From: Candidatus Hydrogenedentota bacterium
Lineage (GTDB): Bacteria; Hydrogenedentota; Hydrogenedentia; Hydrogenedentales; SLHB01
Direction: 5' to 3'
DNA length: 32,433 nucleotides
NCBI GenBank assembly: GCA_013349485.1
Contig: DUZM01000001.1
Location: forward strand, 1 to 32,433
This document shows, one piece after another, positions 16,230 to 26,109 of this stretch. Made by a program: the position numbers and the translations under genes. The notes below the pieces were generated by a model. That model did not search any database. It saw only the letters and a list, made by a program, of their open reading frames with translations, and was not told where the DNA came from. The number at the start of each line of letters is the position of its first letter. Position 1 is the first letter of the stretch.

Positions 16230-17285
16230 GTGTCCGCTTCAGTTAGTCATCATGGCCCGGAACTTAGCGAAGAAGTCTTCGGCCCGCTCCACACCAACTT
16301 AATCGGGAAGAGCGCATCCATCCGGGGCGTCCGTGAGTTGATTGATCGGCTGGGGCCTTCGAATTTGAGCGTTCTGGTCACGGGAGAAACGGGTACGGGC
16401 AAAGACATTGTCGCGCAGTTGCTTCATCGGAAATCGCTCCGCTGCAACCGGGCTTTCATCAAGGTAAATTGCCCCGCGATACCGGACAGCCTCTTCGAGA
16501 GCGAATTATTTGGGTATGAGAAGGGGGCGTTTACGGGTGCGCGCACGCCAAAACCGGGGCGGCTCGAGTTGGCGGACAAGGGGACGATCTTCCTCGACGA
16601 GGTCGCCGAGATTTCTCCGGAGGCACAAAGCAAGCTGCTTTTGGTACTCGATGGGGAGCCGTACATGCGGATCGGCGGGGTCAAGCCGGTTCGTTCGGAC
16701 GCGCGGGTGATTGCCGCGACCAACGTTCCCATCGAGGAGGCGATCCGTCAGGGCAGACTGCGTAAAGAGGTCTGCTTTCGTTTAAGCGAATTGGTGATAC
16801 ACATGTTGCCGCTGCGCGAACGGCGGGAAGATATTCCGCTTCTGGCGGAGCACTTCAACTTCAACTTCTGCAAGCAGTATGAAAAGGACTACGAGCCGTT
16901 TTCCCGGGAGTTGATGGAGCGGTTGCAGGGGCAACCGTGGCCGGGCAACGTGCGCGAACTCGAGGCCCGGGTGAAAGAGCATGTGGCGAACGGGGCGCCG
17001 CTCTTGCCGGCGGGGTCCAAGGATGTGCGGAACCCGCGAAACGGCAGTTCGTCGTCCAGATCGCTGGACGGACGTGCGGTTCGAAGGCGAAGCGACGGGC
17101 CTGACCGGAAGTTCGTATCCTTGAAAGAAGCCAGCAGGCGAGCCGTTGAGGCGACGGAAAAGGCCTTGATTGAAGAGGCGCTGCGCTATACGTTGTGGAA
17201 CCGGAGGAAGGCCGCCAAATTACTCGACATCAGTTACAGTTCCTTACTCCGGCGAATAGATATCTATGAGATCGGGAAAGTCTAG
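16230..17285 (+). CDS. Sigma54-dependent transcriptional activator (bEBP) lacking a receiver or sensor domain; AAA+ domain plus Fis-type HTH
   Basis: Walker A GETGTGKD, GAFTGA loop (EKGAFTGA), Walker B IFLDEV, WPGNVRELE, and C-terminal HTH NRRKAAKLLDISYSSLLRRI. Only about 25 aa precede the AAA+ core. GTG 16230 has a GGGGGGA SD. TTG 16164 is the alternative start. Confidence 0.9.
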   Translation: MSASVSHHGPELSEEVFGPLHTNLIGKSASIRGVRELIDRLGPSNLSVLVTGETGTGKDIVAQLLHRKSLRCNRAFIKVNCPAIPDSLFESELFGYEKGAFTGARTPKPGRLELADKGTIFLDEVAEISPEAQSKLLLVLDGEPYMRIGGVKPVRSDARVIAATNVPIEEAIRQGRLRKEVCFRLSELVIHMLPLRERREDIPLLAEHFNFNFCKQYEKDYEPFSRELMERLQGQPWPGNVRELEARVKEHVANGAPLLPAGSKDVRNPRNGSSSSRSLDGRAVRRRSDGPDRKFVSLKEASRRAVEATEKALIEEALRYTLWNRRKAAKLLDISYSSLLRRIDIYEIGKV

Positions 17286-17301
17286 GGGGCGAGAGAAGGC
17301 C

Positions 17302-18573
17302 ATGAACGTTCGGAACAACTCGAAGTGGGCAATGATTTTTCGGCACGGTCTGATCGCGGCGTGCGCGGCGCTTTGCGGGTGTGCGACCACGCTCGATGGA
17401 GAACAGGCCGAAGCGTCGGTGGGTGGGGAAATACTCGAGGAGTCGGTCACAGTGCCGACGGATGAACTTCACGGCAGACCTGCTGCGTCGGAAACGGGGG
17501 GCGGGATCGAGTCGGAAGTAGCCGGCGGTGCGGCCGAAGAGGCCGCTACAATGGCCTCAGCGGCCGCAACGCGAGTTGCCGCGTTGGAGGATTACCGGAT
17601 TGGTCCGGGCGATGTGCTTGATTTCCGGTCGTTTGATGACGAAAGCCTGAGCGATGAAGTCGTCGTGCGATACGACGGTCACATATCCTTGCCGTTGATT
17701 CCCGACGTGTCGGTACTCAACGCGACGCGCGCGGAGGCCACTGCGCGTGTTCGAGAGGCGTACTCGGTGGAGTTCAAAGAACCGCGGCTGAGCTTATCCA
17801 TTAAACAGTCCAACAGCAAGAGCTTTCACGTAATGGGCAACGTAAGCCGCCCGGGCCAGTATCCCTATGTGCGAGCCATTACGCTGCTCGACGCGATCAA
17901 CGCGGCCGGGGGCCAGCGAATCAGTTTGCGCGGGGGCGATTCCTATGTCGGTGCTCAGGGGCAACTTACAGAGGCGGTATTGATCCGCCGCCGGGACGGG
18001 AAGCGGGAAGTGTCGGAATATGTATTGAGCGATTTGGCGCAGCCTGGGTCCCACCCCTCCGATACGCCTGTGCTGCCCGGCGACATTGTTTATGTGCCCG
18101 AGGGCGTCAACCTCGTTTACGTACTTGGCGAGGTCCGCCGCCCGGACGTATTTCAGTTGAGCGAGGGCATGACGTTGCTTCAGCTTCTTGCGCGGGCCGG
18201 GGGACCCGTCGAGTTGACGGGCCGGTTGAACCAGGTTGTGCTGATGCGCGAGACGGATGCGGCAAACACGCGCGTCGCTTTACTGGACGTTCGCAAGATA
18301 CTCAAGACGGGGGCCGATCCCTTGCTCGAGGCCGGGGATATCATTTACATCCCGCAGAAGCGCCTGACCCGGTTGTCTCAATTCGTGTCGCGGTTCACCG
18401 GCAGCATCTCGCCTATCTTGAGTCTTTATCAACAGGCGTATGACGCCTATTACACCGACGAACGGTACCGGCGGCTTCTCGACGACACGGCGTACGGGGG
18501 GCAGGATTTGCTCGTGATTGAGCAGATTCTAACGGATATAAGTTCGTTATCGCAGACGCTGGGCGTGCGATGA
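17302..18573 (+). CDS. Polysaccharide export outer-membrane lipoprotein (Wza/EpsL-like, Poly_export + SLBB)
   Basis: Lipoprotein signal MIFRHGLIAACAALCGC. Poly_export signature YRIGPGDVLDFRSF..VRYDGHISLPLIPDV. SLBB-like repeats (GDIVYVPE, GDIIYIPQ). SD GAGAGAAGG lies before ATG 17302. Confidence 0.85.
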   Translation: MNVRNNSKWAMIFRHGLIAACAALCGCATTLDGEQAEASVGGEILEESVTVPTDELHGRPAASETGGGIESEVAGGAAEEAATMASAAATRVAALEDYRIGPGDVLDFRSFDDESLSDEVVVRYDGHISLPLIPDVSVLNATRAEATARVREAYSVEFKEPRLSLSIKQSNSKSFHVMGNVSRPGQYPYVRAITLLDAINAAGGQRISLRGGDSYVGAQGQLTEAVLIRRRDGKREVSEYVLSDLAQPGSHPSDTPVLPGDIVYVPEGVNLVYVLGEVRRPDVFQLSEGMTLLQLLARAGGPVELTGRLNQVVLMRETDAANTRVALLDVRKILKTGADPLLEAGDIIYIPQKRLTRLSQFVSRFTGSISPILSLYQQAYDAYYTDERYRRLLDDTAYGGQDLLVIEQILTDISSLSQTLGVR

Positions 18574-18600
18574 TTGCTGGACGGGCGTGGGAGATCTTGT

Positions 18601-20919
18601 ATGACGGGCGAATTCGGAAGTGACGTAAGCTTTTTGCCGCCGGAGTTCGGCGCGCCAATTGCGCCGGAACCCCGTCTTAACATCAAACGGATGCTTCGGC
18701 TGCGCGCGCCGCTTATTCTCGGCGTGTTCGTGGTACTCGCCATACCGTCAGTGCTTGCGGCGTGGTTTTTGACGCCGCTCGAATACCGGGCGACGGCCAA
18801 TCTGCGTTTTCTCGCTTCGACGCCGCGGGTATTGTATGACAACCGCAGTTGGCGCAGCTCCGTCCCGTATGAATCGTTTGTCAATACGCAGATCAACCTG
18901 ATTACGGGCGACGCGATCTTGTCGCGCGTGAAGGACGCTCCGGAGGTGCGCGCCATCCCCTTCATCGCGGACTCGCCTGACCCGCTTTTGTACCTGAAGA
19001 GCAAGATCAACGCGGGTTCAGAACGGAACAATGAGTTGGTGGTGATCGCTTTCCGCTCGACGGATCGGGAGGCGGCGGTGCTCATTCTCGAGAAAGTGAT
19101 CAATATTTATATGGAATACGCCCTCAATGAAGAGGCCAATACCGAAAGTGAGCGCCTAATAGAGCTTGGAAAAGAACAGGATCGGCGTGCGCGCGAACTG
19201 GACGCCGAACTGCGAAAGATCTCCGATCTTCAGAACGCTGCCGGAACGCCTTTGGCCAACATCGGCCAGTTTGGGCCAAGCGAAACCGAAAGCTATCGGG
19301 ACACGTTCGCTCGGGCCGAAGAAGACCTTGCGAAGGCCGAAAGTCAGGTGACTCAAGCAACCCAGCAAGGCGAGCGGATAAGACAGCTTCGGGACCATTA
19401 CAAGGACGCTCCTCAAGAGCCCATTTTCGAATTGGGCATCGAGGATCGGGTGGCGGCGGACCCGCGAGTGAATTATCTGCGGGAACAGGTCGTTGCCCGG
19501 GAAACCGAGTTGGCGCTCCTGGCGGAGAACCGCGGGAAAGATTCCGTGAGATTGAAGTCCGCCCGAGAAGACTACGAAACCCTGAAGTGGAAGTTGGCGT
19601 CCGTTGAAAGCGCCGCACGGGGCGAAAAGTTGAATTCTGCGGAAGCGGCGTTGAATGAACAACTCACGGCCTACGAGAAGGCCCGCGAGAACGCCATCGA
19701 GCGGAAGAAGAAGTTTCAAGAATTGATCGATAAGCACGAACAGCGCGCCATCGCGGCCTCGGCCGAGCTGGCCCAACTTGAAGAACACAAGATGAAGGCC
19801 GAGGAAATCCGAAGTGTGCTGCGGACCATTCGGCAACAGATCGCCGAGATCTCGATGGAAAGCAACGCGCCGGCCCGTGTGCGGCTGGTGTCGCAGCCGC
19901 ACGCGCCGAGTCGGCCGGAAGGGGGCAAACGGCTTCAGTTACTGGTTTTGGCCGTTATGGGCTCATTGAGCGTCGGTTTGGCCGCGGGTCTGTGGCGGGA
20001 GCTGACCGACCAGCACACCCGCTCGGCGGAGGATATCTCCGGGATCACGCGGCTGCCTGTCCTTGCTACGATTCCTCATCTCGCGGAGGACCGTTTCGCA
20101 GGCCGGGCCTATGTGCCGTTGCTCGCGGGTGACTCGCCAAACTCACCTATTGCGGACGAGTTCCGGCGCATTCTCGCGCGGATCGTCTATCCGCCGGAGA
20201 GTTCGGTCGAGATTAACAGTTGTATGATTGCGAGCGCAACGCGCGGCGACGGCAAAACCTCGCTCGCGTGTAACCTTGCGATTTCGCTGGCGCGGGCGAA
20301 TCGGCGCGTTCTGCTTGTAGATATTTGCCCGCGAGACCCGAGCATCGAGTGGTGTTTCGGTCTGGAGCCGGCGCCGGGATTGGCGGAGGTGCTTTATGGG
20401 GGCGCGTCGGCGCGCACGCTGGCGCAGCCGACGGATTTCCCGAATCTCAAGGTACTAGGGCCGGGGCTTCGCACGGATGGCCTGTCGGGCACGCTGGCGT
20501 CGCGGGAGATGACGGAGTTCCTCGAACAGACGGAGCAGGATTTTGACCACATTGTTATCGACACGCCGCCTGCGCTTTTGATGTCGGACGCGAAATTGCT
20601 TGCCCCTATCGTGGACGGCGTGATTATCGCCGTTGGCGTAAACGTATCGACGCACGGCATGCTTCGCCGGTGTCTTCGGGAAATGGAGCATGTCAACGCC
20701 AACATAATCGGGTTGGTTATTAACGGCATTCGCCCGACGCGAGGCGGCTACCTGCGGCGGAACATAGACTTGTACTATGGCTATTCGAGGGATCGGAGCC
20801 GAAGCGAGAAAGCGGAAGACCTTCCGGAGATCCGAATTGCCGACGAGGGGGATGAACGGGAATCCGAGCCCGTGATCTTGCTGACCGCCGACAGCAAAGG
20901 CCGCGAGGACGAGGCGTAA
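18601..20919 (+). CDS. Chain-length determinant (Wzz/PCP) fused to BY-type tyrosine autokinase
   Basis: N-terminal TM plus Wzz-like segment (LEYRATANLRF), then a long periplasmic coiled coil and a second TM. The C-terminal P-loop ATPase has Walker A RGDGKTS, A' VLLVDICPRD and B HIVIDTPP, followed by a short Tyr cluster YYGY. ATG 18601 has a GGGAG SD. Confidence 0.85.
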   Translation: MTGEFGSDVSFLPPEFGAPIAPEPRLNIKRMLRLRAPLILGVFVVLAIPSVLAAWFLTPLEYRATANLRFLASTPRVLYDNRSWRSSVPYESFVNTQINLITGDAILSRVKDAPEVRAIPFIADSPDPLLYLKSKINAGSERNNELVVIAFRSTDREAAVLILEKVINIYMEYALNEEANTESERLIELGKEQDRRARELDAELRKISDLQNAAGTPLANIGQFGPSETESYRDTFARAEEDLAKAESQVTQATQQGERIRQLRDHYKDAPQEPIFELGIEDRVAADPRVNYLREQVVARETELALLAENRGKDSVRLKSAREDYETLKWKLASVESAARGEKLNSAEAALNEQLTAYEKARENAIERKKKFQELIDKHEQRAIAASAELAQLEEHKMKAEEIRSVLRTIRQQIAEISMESNAPARVRLVSQPHAPSRPEGGKRLQLLVLAVMGSLSVGLAAGLWRELTDQHTRSAEDISGITRLPVLATIPHLAEDRFAGRAYVPLLAGDSPNSPIADEFRRILARIVYPPESSVEINSCMIASATRGDGKTSLACNLAISLARANRRVLLVDICPRDPSIEWCFGLEPAPGLAEVLYGGASARTLAQPTDFPNLKVLGPGLRTDGLSGTLASREMTEFLEQTEQDFDHIVIDTPPALLMSDAKLLAPIVDGVIIAVGVNVSTHGMLRRCLREMEHVNANIIGLVINGIRPTRGGYLRRNIDLYYGYSRDRSRSEKAEDLPEIRIADEGDERESEPVILLTADSKGREDEA

Positions 20920-21060
20920 GTGCGCTCAGGGCCCAGGGGGGCAGGCCGAGGGCGTCGAGAACCCTCGGGCACCGGGGCATCATGATCCGAGAAAGTCAGT
21001 CGAGGCCGCCCTACGCGGCGGGCTCGCGCTGGAACTGGCCGAGAGGGGAATGGTGAACGA

Positions 21061-21900
21061 ATGGCGTCGAGCGACAAAGGCAAATCCGCGGTTTCGGCAC
21101 AAGCCGAGACGTCGCCGGACGGGCTCGGCGCGCCGGTGGCCAGGGTCGAGCTTTCTGGGATGACCATTCACAACGTAACCCGGGAGGAGGTTTTCGCCCT
21201 TATCGAGGAGCGGATTGCCAAGAGGCAACCGGGCTACATCGTAACGCCCAACGTCAATCACCTGTGCCGCTATCAACGGGACGCCGAATTTCGGGAGGCC
21301 TACCGGAAAAGCTTTTTGGTGCTGGCCGACGGCGTGCCGTTGCTGTGGGCGAGTCGGCTTTTGGGGACCCCGCTTCGGGAGAAACTCAGCGGATCCGACC
21401 TGGTCGTATGGCTTCCGGAGCGCTTTGCCGATAAAGGGAGATCGTTCTTTTTGCTGGGGGCCGCCGAAGGGGTCGCGGACGCGGCGGCCAAGGAACTTCG
21501 ACGGCGGCACCCCAACATCGTCATCGCTGGCACGTACAGCCCGCCCATGGGGTTCGAGAACGACCCGGCCGAGGTCGCTGAGACGGCCCGTCGGGTCCGC
21601 GAGGCGCGGCCGGACTTCTGTTTTGTGGCGTTCGGCGTTCCGAAGCAAGAGCTGTGGATGCGTGAGCATTGCCAGACCTGCGGCGTACCCGTGATGCTGG
21701 GGATAGGGGCGTCTTTGGACTTTCTGGCGGGTACGCTGAAGCGGGCGCCCCGCTGGATGCAGCGCGTGGGACTTGAATGGGTGTGGCGCATCGGCAGCGA
21801 GCCGCGGCGGTTGCTTGGACGTTATCTGGCGGACGGGTGCGTCTTCTTGTCGCTTTTGTGGCGCGCGTTCCGGAAACGGCGCGCTTGTCGGCCTACTTGA
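21061..21900 (+). CDS. WecB/TagA/CpsF-family glycosyltransferase (GT26)
   Basis: YIVTPNVNHL, LVLADGVPLLWASRLLG, FFLLGAAEGVA, FVAFGVPKQELW, GIGASLDFLAG..RAPRWMQ..GLEWVWR. A later internal ATG about 21160 is a possible alternative start. Confidence 0.85.
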   Translation: MASSDKGKSAVSAQAETSPDGLGAPVARVELSGMTIHNVTREEVFALIEERIAKRQPGYIVTPNVNHLCRYQRDAEFREAYRKSFLVLADGVPLLWASRLLGTPLREKLSGSDLVVWLPERFADKGRSFFLLGAAEGVADAAAKELRRRHPNIVIAGTYSPPMGFENDPAEVAETARRVREARPDFCFVAFGVPKQELWMREHCQTCGVPVMLGIGASLDFLAGTLKRAPRWMQRVGLEWVWRIGSEPRRLLGRYLADGCVFLSLLWRAFRKRRACRPT

Positions 21901-21931
21901 GGATTGCGAAACACGAGGGTTTTGTTCGTTT

Positions 21932-24900
21932 ATGTCGCGTAAACTGTGGCTTATTATTGGTGTAGCGGCGCTTTTCATTTTGCTGCTGTGCGCGGCGGGG
22001 GTATGGGGCGCCGTGCTTTACCGGGCTCGGCAGATCGACCAGTCCCTCGAGTTCGCGAACGCCCACTTCGCGGCGGGCGAGTGGGGGCTGGCAAAGAATC
22101 ACTTTCGGCGTTACCTGGCGGAACACCCGAAAGACGTTGAGGCGCTTGGGAAATATGCGTTGGCTTGCGTCAACACGCTCGAGGATCGACCCAAAGCGTT
22201 GCGCGACGCCACGATCGCGTACTATCACATCGCGATCAATAATCCCAATGACGAGGCGGCCCTGAGGAGTCTCATCGAGCTGTATGAGAAACGGCGGGCC
22301 TGGAACGACCTCGAATACTATGCGGGGTACTTTATCCGCCGTTATCCCGACAGGACTTGGCTCAAGTATGAGCGGGCGGTGGCCCTCGACAATATGCAGC
22401 GGGGCGAGCAGGCCATCGAGGCCTACCGCGAACTGACCGAGGCGGGCGCGGCGTACGCCGACGTTTACGGCAACCTTGCGCGACTGCTTTATGGGGACGG
22501 CTTGCGGGACGAGGCACAGGCGGTGCTCGAGGAGGCCGAGGCCCGGTTCCCCGACGCGGCGCTCATTCGCCTTCAATGGCCACGGTATTATCTCGGGATA
22601 GAGGATGTGGAGCGTGCGGGGGAGACGATTCAGGAGGTGCTTGACCTGGCGCCGAACGATCCCGAGGTGCTCTCGGTGGCCGCACGCGTGGCCGTGGCGC
22701 GGAAACAGTGGCAGGAAGCGGCCCTTTTCTGTGAACAAGCATTGAAGCAACGGCCCGATAGAGCGGAGACCTATCTCGTCCTGGCCGGAGCCTATCAGAA
22801 GATAGGAGAAGTGGCCAAGACGTTGTCTTTGCTGGAGAATATGGATCCGCTCCTGCGGGTAGACTATCCGGAGTTCTTTTTGTTCCATCACGATTTGCTT
22901 ATTCTCGAGGAACGCTTCGAGGAAGCCCGGCGGGTACTGGACGAGTACCGCGCGGCGTACCCGGGCCACGCCGTGATGTTCGACTACATGGAAGCGCGCG
23001 AACTCCTCGCCAAGGGCGAGGCCACGAGGGCGAGCGTTGTCCTGACGACGGTCGTCGAGAGCAATCCGAATTTCGCCCCGGCCCAGTACTACCAGGCCGT
23101 CGCTTATCTTCAATCATATAAGCGGGATCGGGCCTGGAACGTCCTGGTGCGTTTGCTGCGCAACTTCCCTGACGATGAGCGCGCGCGCGCGCTTTACGAA
23201 CGGGCCTTTGGCCGTGACCCGGCAGCGGAGGACGCAACGGAAACGGCCCGTCTGCTTCTTGCAGATCCGACGGCGTCCGCAGGGTCGCTGGTATCCGCGG
23301 CAGGAAGACTGATTACCGAGAAGCTTCGGCGAAACGGCGCGTTGGTCCGCGATACGACCGTTGAGTCCCTTCTTGAAGCGTCAATCAAGCGGGATCCCTC
23401 GCATGCCGCGGCTTACGCGTTGCTGGCCGACGTCGCTTGCCAATGGCAGGACGTGGCAGGCGCCCGTAACGTCCTGGCCCGCGCCGCGGCGGCAGGCGTT
23501 CCGGAGGCGGAACTTTACCTGACCCGGGCGGGCGTGGCGTTGGCGGAGAACGACGTGCCCGGCGCCCTCGAACTCTTCGGGGAGGCTACAGCGTCCAATA
23601 CAACGGTGGATGAAGTCGTTCGCTGGGCGAATTCGTTCGCGGCCCGGGGCCATCTGGAGGCCGCCTTAACCTTGCTGTCGGGGGCGGTCGCGGCGTCGCC
23701 GCCCGAGGATGTCGAGGCGCTTGAATTCGAGGAGGTGGCCCTTTGCGCGCGTTTCGGGGCCGTGGAGCAAGCCCTGGGCTTGCTGTCGGGTCTCGAATCT
23801 CGTCCGGGCATGACGCCCGAAAGGCGGCGGGCGGTCAATGAGCAGAAGGAGCAGCTCGTCTACGTGCTCATTTCCCCGGAGCCGGGCGGGGACCCGGCTG
23901 AGGCGGCGCGGTTGGCCGATGAACTCCGCCGGGACGAACCCGGCAACCGGCGTTTCCAATTGCTGTACGGGCGGGTTTTGCTCAGCCAGAATCCGCCGGA
24001 CTATGCTGGCGCCCGGGCCATGGCGACGCCGTTGCTCGAGAGCAACCCGTCGGACTCGGACGCATTGACGGCTTTGGCGGACATTGCGCTACGGGAAGGC
24101 GACGTCATGGTGGCCTTGGACTATGCGAGCCGGGCCGCAGCCAGCAATCCGCAGGATGCATCAACGCAATTATTCTTGGCGGAAATACAGATGCGGGCAC
24201 AGCGTTTTCTGGAGGCCCAGATCGTATTAGAAAACGTTTTGACGCTGCGGCCCGAGGATGGGCGGGCCATGGAACTTTTGGCAAGGGCTTATATCGCGAC
24301 CGATCGGCTTCGACAGGCCGAGGCGATGTTGGCGCGTTTTGAGCGCGTCGTGCAGGAGTCTCCCGGGAAGGCGGGCACGCTCGAGCTGTTGCGCGGGAAA
24401 GTGCGGGTTGCACGAGGGGAGAACGTGCGCGAAGTCGAACAAGCCCTGCGCAGGCGTTACGTTGCGGATCCGGACGACGCGGAGGTGTTGCGTGAACTCG
24501 CTTTGGTCGTTGCCCGGCAAGGGCGGGCGGCGGAGTCCGAACAGCTGGTCAAGGCGTATGCGGAGAATCACAGCGACTCGGCGGACGCGTGGGTGATGCT
24601 TGGCCGCCATTACCTTGCCTCGAACAGCCCCCACCGCCAAATGAATGCGTCGTCGGCCTTCACACGCGCGTTGCTCGTCCAAACGGACTACCCCCCCGCG
24701 CTGCGCGGACTTATCGAGTTGCACATGCGCGCGAACAACCGCGCCGAGGCCTTGGCGTTGTGCGAACGGTATCTCAAGTTTCGGCCTTCGGACCCCGAAG
24801 TGCTTTATCGGAAGGCGTTTCTGCTGGCGCGATTGGGCCGGTCGCTCGCGGAGGCGCTGGCGAGCGTGGAGGCGGCCTTGGACATTGCGGAGCGATCGGA

Positions 24901-25171
24901 GTACGTTTACCTTCGGGGTACGCTTAACCTTGCCCTCGGCAATCACGCTAAAGCGCTGGAGGATCTCCAGCGGGTCAAGCAGAGCCTGGAACTGGACTCG
25001 GCCGAGTTGGATCTTGCGCTTGCCGAGGCGTATCTCGGCGTGGGCGAGTCGGGGCTGGCCGCTCAGTATTGTGCGTCGGCGCGGCGCAGAGCCGTCGGGA
25101 CGACCCCGGCCACCGTGAAACGCATCGAGCGCATCGAGGCGCTTCTGGATACGGAGGAAGACGATTCATGA
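21932..25171 (+). CDS. Membrane-anchored giant TPR-repeat protein (PrsT-like paralog, 1079 aa)
   Basis: N-terminal TM helix MSRKLWLIIGVAALFILLLCAAGVWGAVLY followed by many TPR-like A/L/E/R-rich repeats. The stop overlaps the exosortase ATG (ATGA). The ORF-track start at 21773 lies inside the GT26 gene. Confidence 0.8.
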   Translation: MSRKLWLIIGVAALFILLLCAAGVWGAVLYRARQIDQSLEFANAHFAAGEWGLAKNHFRRYLAEHPKDVEALGKYALACVNTLEDRPKALRDATIAYYHIAINNPNDEAALRSLIELYEKRRAWNDLEYYAGYFIRRYPDRTWLKYERAVALDNMQRGEQAIEAYRELTEAGAAYADVYGNLARLLYGDGLRDEAQAVLEEAEARFPDAALIRLQWPRYYLGIEDVERAGETIQEVLDLAPNDPEVLSVAARVAVARKQWQEAALFCEQALKQRPDRAETYLVLAGAYQKIGEVAKTLSLLENMDPLLRVDYPEFFLFHHDLLILEERFEEARRVLDEYRAAYPGHAVMFDYMEARELLAKGEATRASVVLTTVVESNPNFAPAQYYQAVAYLQSYKRDRAWNVLVRLLRNFPDDERARALYERAFGRDPAAEDATETARLLLADPTASAGSLVSAAGRLITEKLRRNGALVRDTTVESLLEASIKRDPSHAAAYALLADVACQWQDVAGARNVLARAAAAGVPEAELYLTRAGVALAENDVPGALELFGEATASNTTVDEVVRWANSFAARGHLEAALTLLSGAVAASPPEDVEALEFEEVALCARFGAVEQALGLLSGLESRPGMTPERRRAVNEQKEQLVYVLISPEPGGDPAEAARLADELRRDEPGNRRFQLLYGRVLLSQNPPDYAGARAMATPLLESNPSDSDALTALADIALREGDVMVALDYASRAAASNPQDASTQLFLAEIQMRAQRFLEAQIVLENVLTLRPEDGRAMELLARAYIATDRLRQAEAMLARFERVVQESPGKAGTLELLRGKVRVARGENVREVEQALRRRYVADPDDAEVLRELALVVARQGRAAESEQLVKAYAENHSDSADAWVMLGRHYLASNSPHRQMNASSAFTRALLVQTDYPPALRGLIELHMRANNRAEALALCERYLKFRPSDPEVLYRKAFLLARLGRSLAEALASVEAALDIAERSEYVYLRGTLNLALGNHAKALEDLQRVKQSLELDSAELDLALAEAYLGVGESGLAAQYCASARRRAVGTTPATVKRIERIEALLDTEEDDS

Positions 25172-26109
25172 CCGAGCACCTTTCTGCAACAACCCCGCCG
25201 GGGGCGGCCCCACCGGGGCCGGGGGCACCGGAGCCCGCGGGGCCGCAGTCGCTCCGCATCACGCCGGGCCTCCTGGTCAAATGGCTCGTAGTGGTGCTTT
25301 TGTTGGCTGCGCTGTATCGCGTTCCGGTGAGCGTGATGCGCCGGACCTGGAACCTTGTTGATTCCTACTATTCGCACGGCATTCTTATACCCCCGGTCAG
25401 CCTGTTCTTGATTTGGCGGCGACGCCGCGAACTCCTGCAACAACCCGTGTGCCCGAGTTCGTGGGGGCTGCTATTGATATTGGGCTCAGCGGTATTATTG
25501 GTCCTCGGGGCCTTCCTTGGATTCACGGTATTCGGCCAGTTCTCGTTGATTCCGATGCTCGCGGGACTGGTTTTGGCGCTTCTCGGTAAGGAGCACCTGA
25601 AGGTTTTGTGGTTTCCCATCCTGTTCTTGTTGTTCATGATCCCTATTCCTCCCGCGTTGACGCAGAGCATTACGTTCAACCTGAAACTCGTTGCCACGGA
25701 GAGCGCCGTGGGCATCGCCCGGGCGCTGACATTTCCGATGATTCAGGAAGGGTCGTTTGTCCACTTCAAGGATGATTTCCTGCTGATCGGAAACGTGTGT
25801 GGCGGTCTGCGCTCTCTCATTTCTTTGCTGGCCATTGGCGCTTTGATGGCCTACTTCAGCAAAGCGCGTCTCTGGGCGCGGATTCTCATCCTTGCCCTGT
25901 CGTGTCCGATCGCCGTCGTCTCGAATATATGCCGCATTTTCTTGTTGTGCCTGGTCGGCTATTTCTGGGGCAGCGAGGTGGCGGCCGGCAGGTTTCACGA
26001 CGTGTCGGGATTCTTCATATATGGGCTCGCGTTCGTGCTGTTTGCGGCGCTGGAGGCGTCCCTGCGCAGAATTGCCCCGGCCCAGACATCGGAGGATCGG
26101 TGCTCATGA
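25168..26109 (+). CDS. Exosortase (EpsH/Xrt family), subtype undetermined
   Basis: Multi-TM protein with exosortase hallmarks: YSHGILIPPVSLFLIW, catalytic-Cys motif NVCGGLRSL, Arg motif NICRIF and His motif HDVSGF. It has a Pro-rich N-terminal extension. Confidence 0.85.
   Translation: MTEHLSATTPPGAAPPGPGAPEPAGPQSLRITPGLLVKWLVVVLLLAALYRVPVSVMRRTWNLVDSYYSHGILIPPVSLFLIWRRRRELLQQPVCPSSWGLLLILGSAVLLVLGAFLGFTVFGQFSLIPMLAGLVLALLGKEHLKVLWFPILFLLFMIPIPPALTQSITFNLKLVATESAVGIARALTFPMIQEGSFVHFKDDFLLIGNVCGGLRSLISLLAIGALMAYFSKARLWARILILALSCPIAVVSNICRIFLLCLVGYFWGSEVAAGRFHDVSGFFIYGLAFVLFAALEASLRRIAPAQTSEDRCS

Noticed and set aside
20980-23113. Long minus-strand ORFs (20980..21978 at 332 aa; 21893..23113 at 406 aa) opposite the GT26 and TPR genes
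   Set aside because: These are shadow ORFs with R/P/G-rich composition and no motifs. The plus-strand partners carry clear GT26 and TPR signatures.
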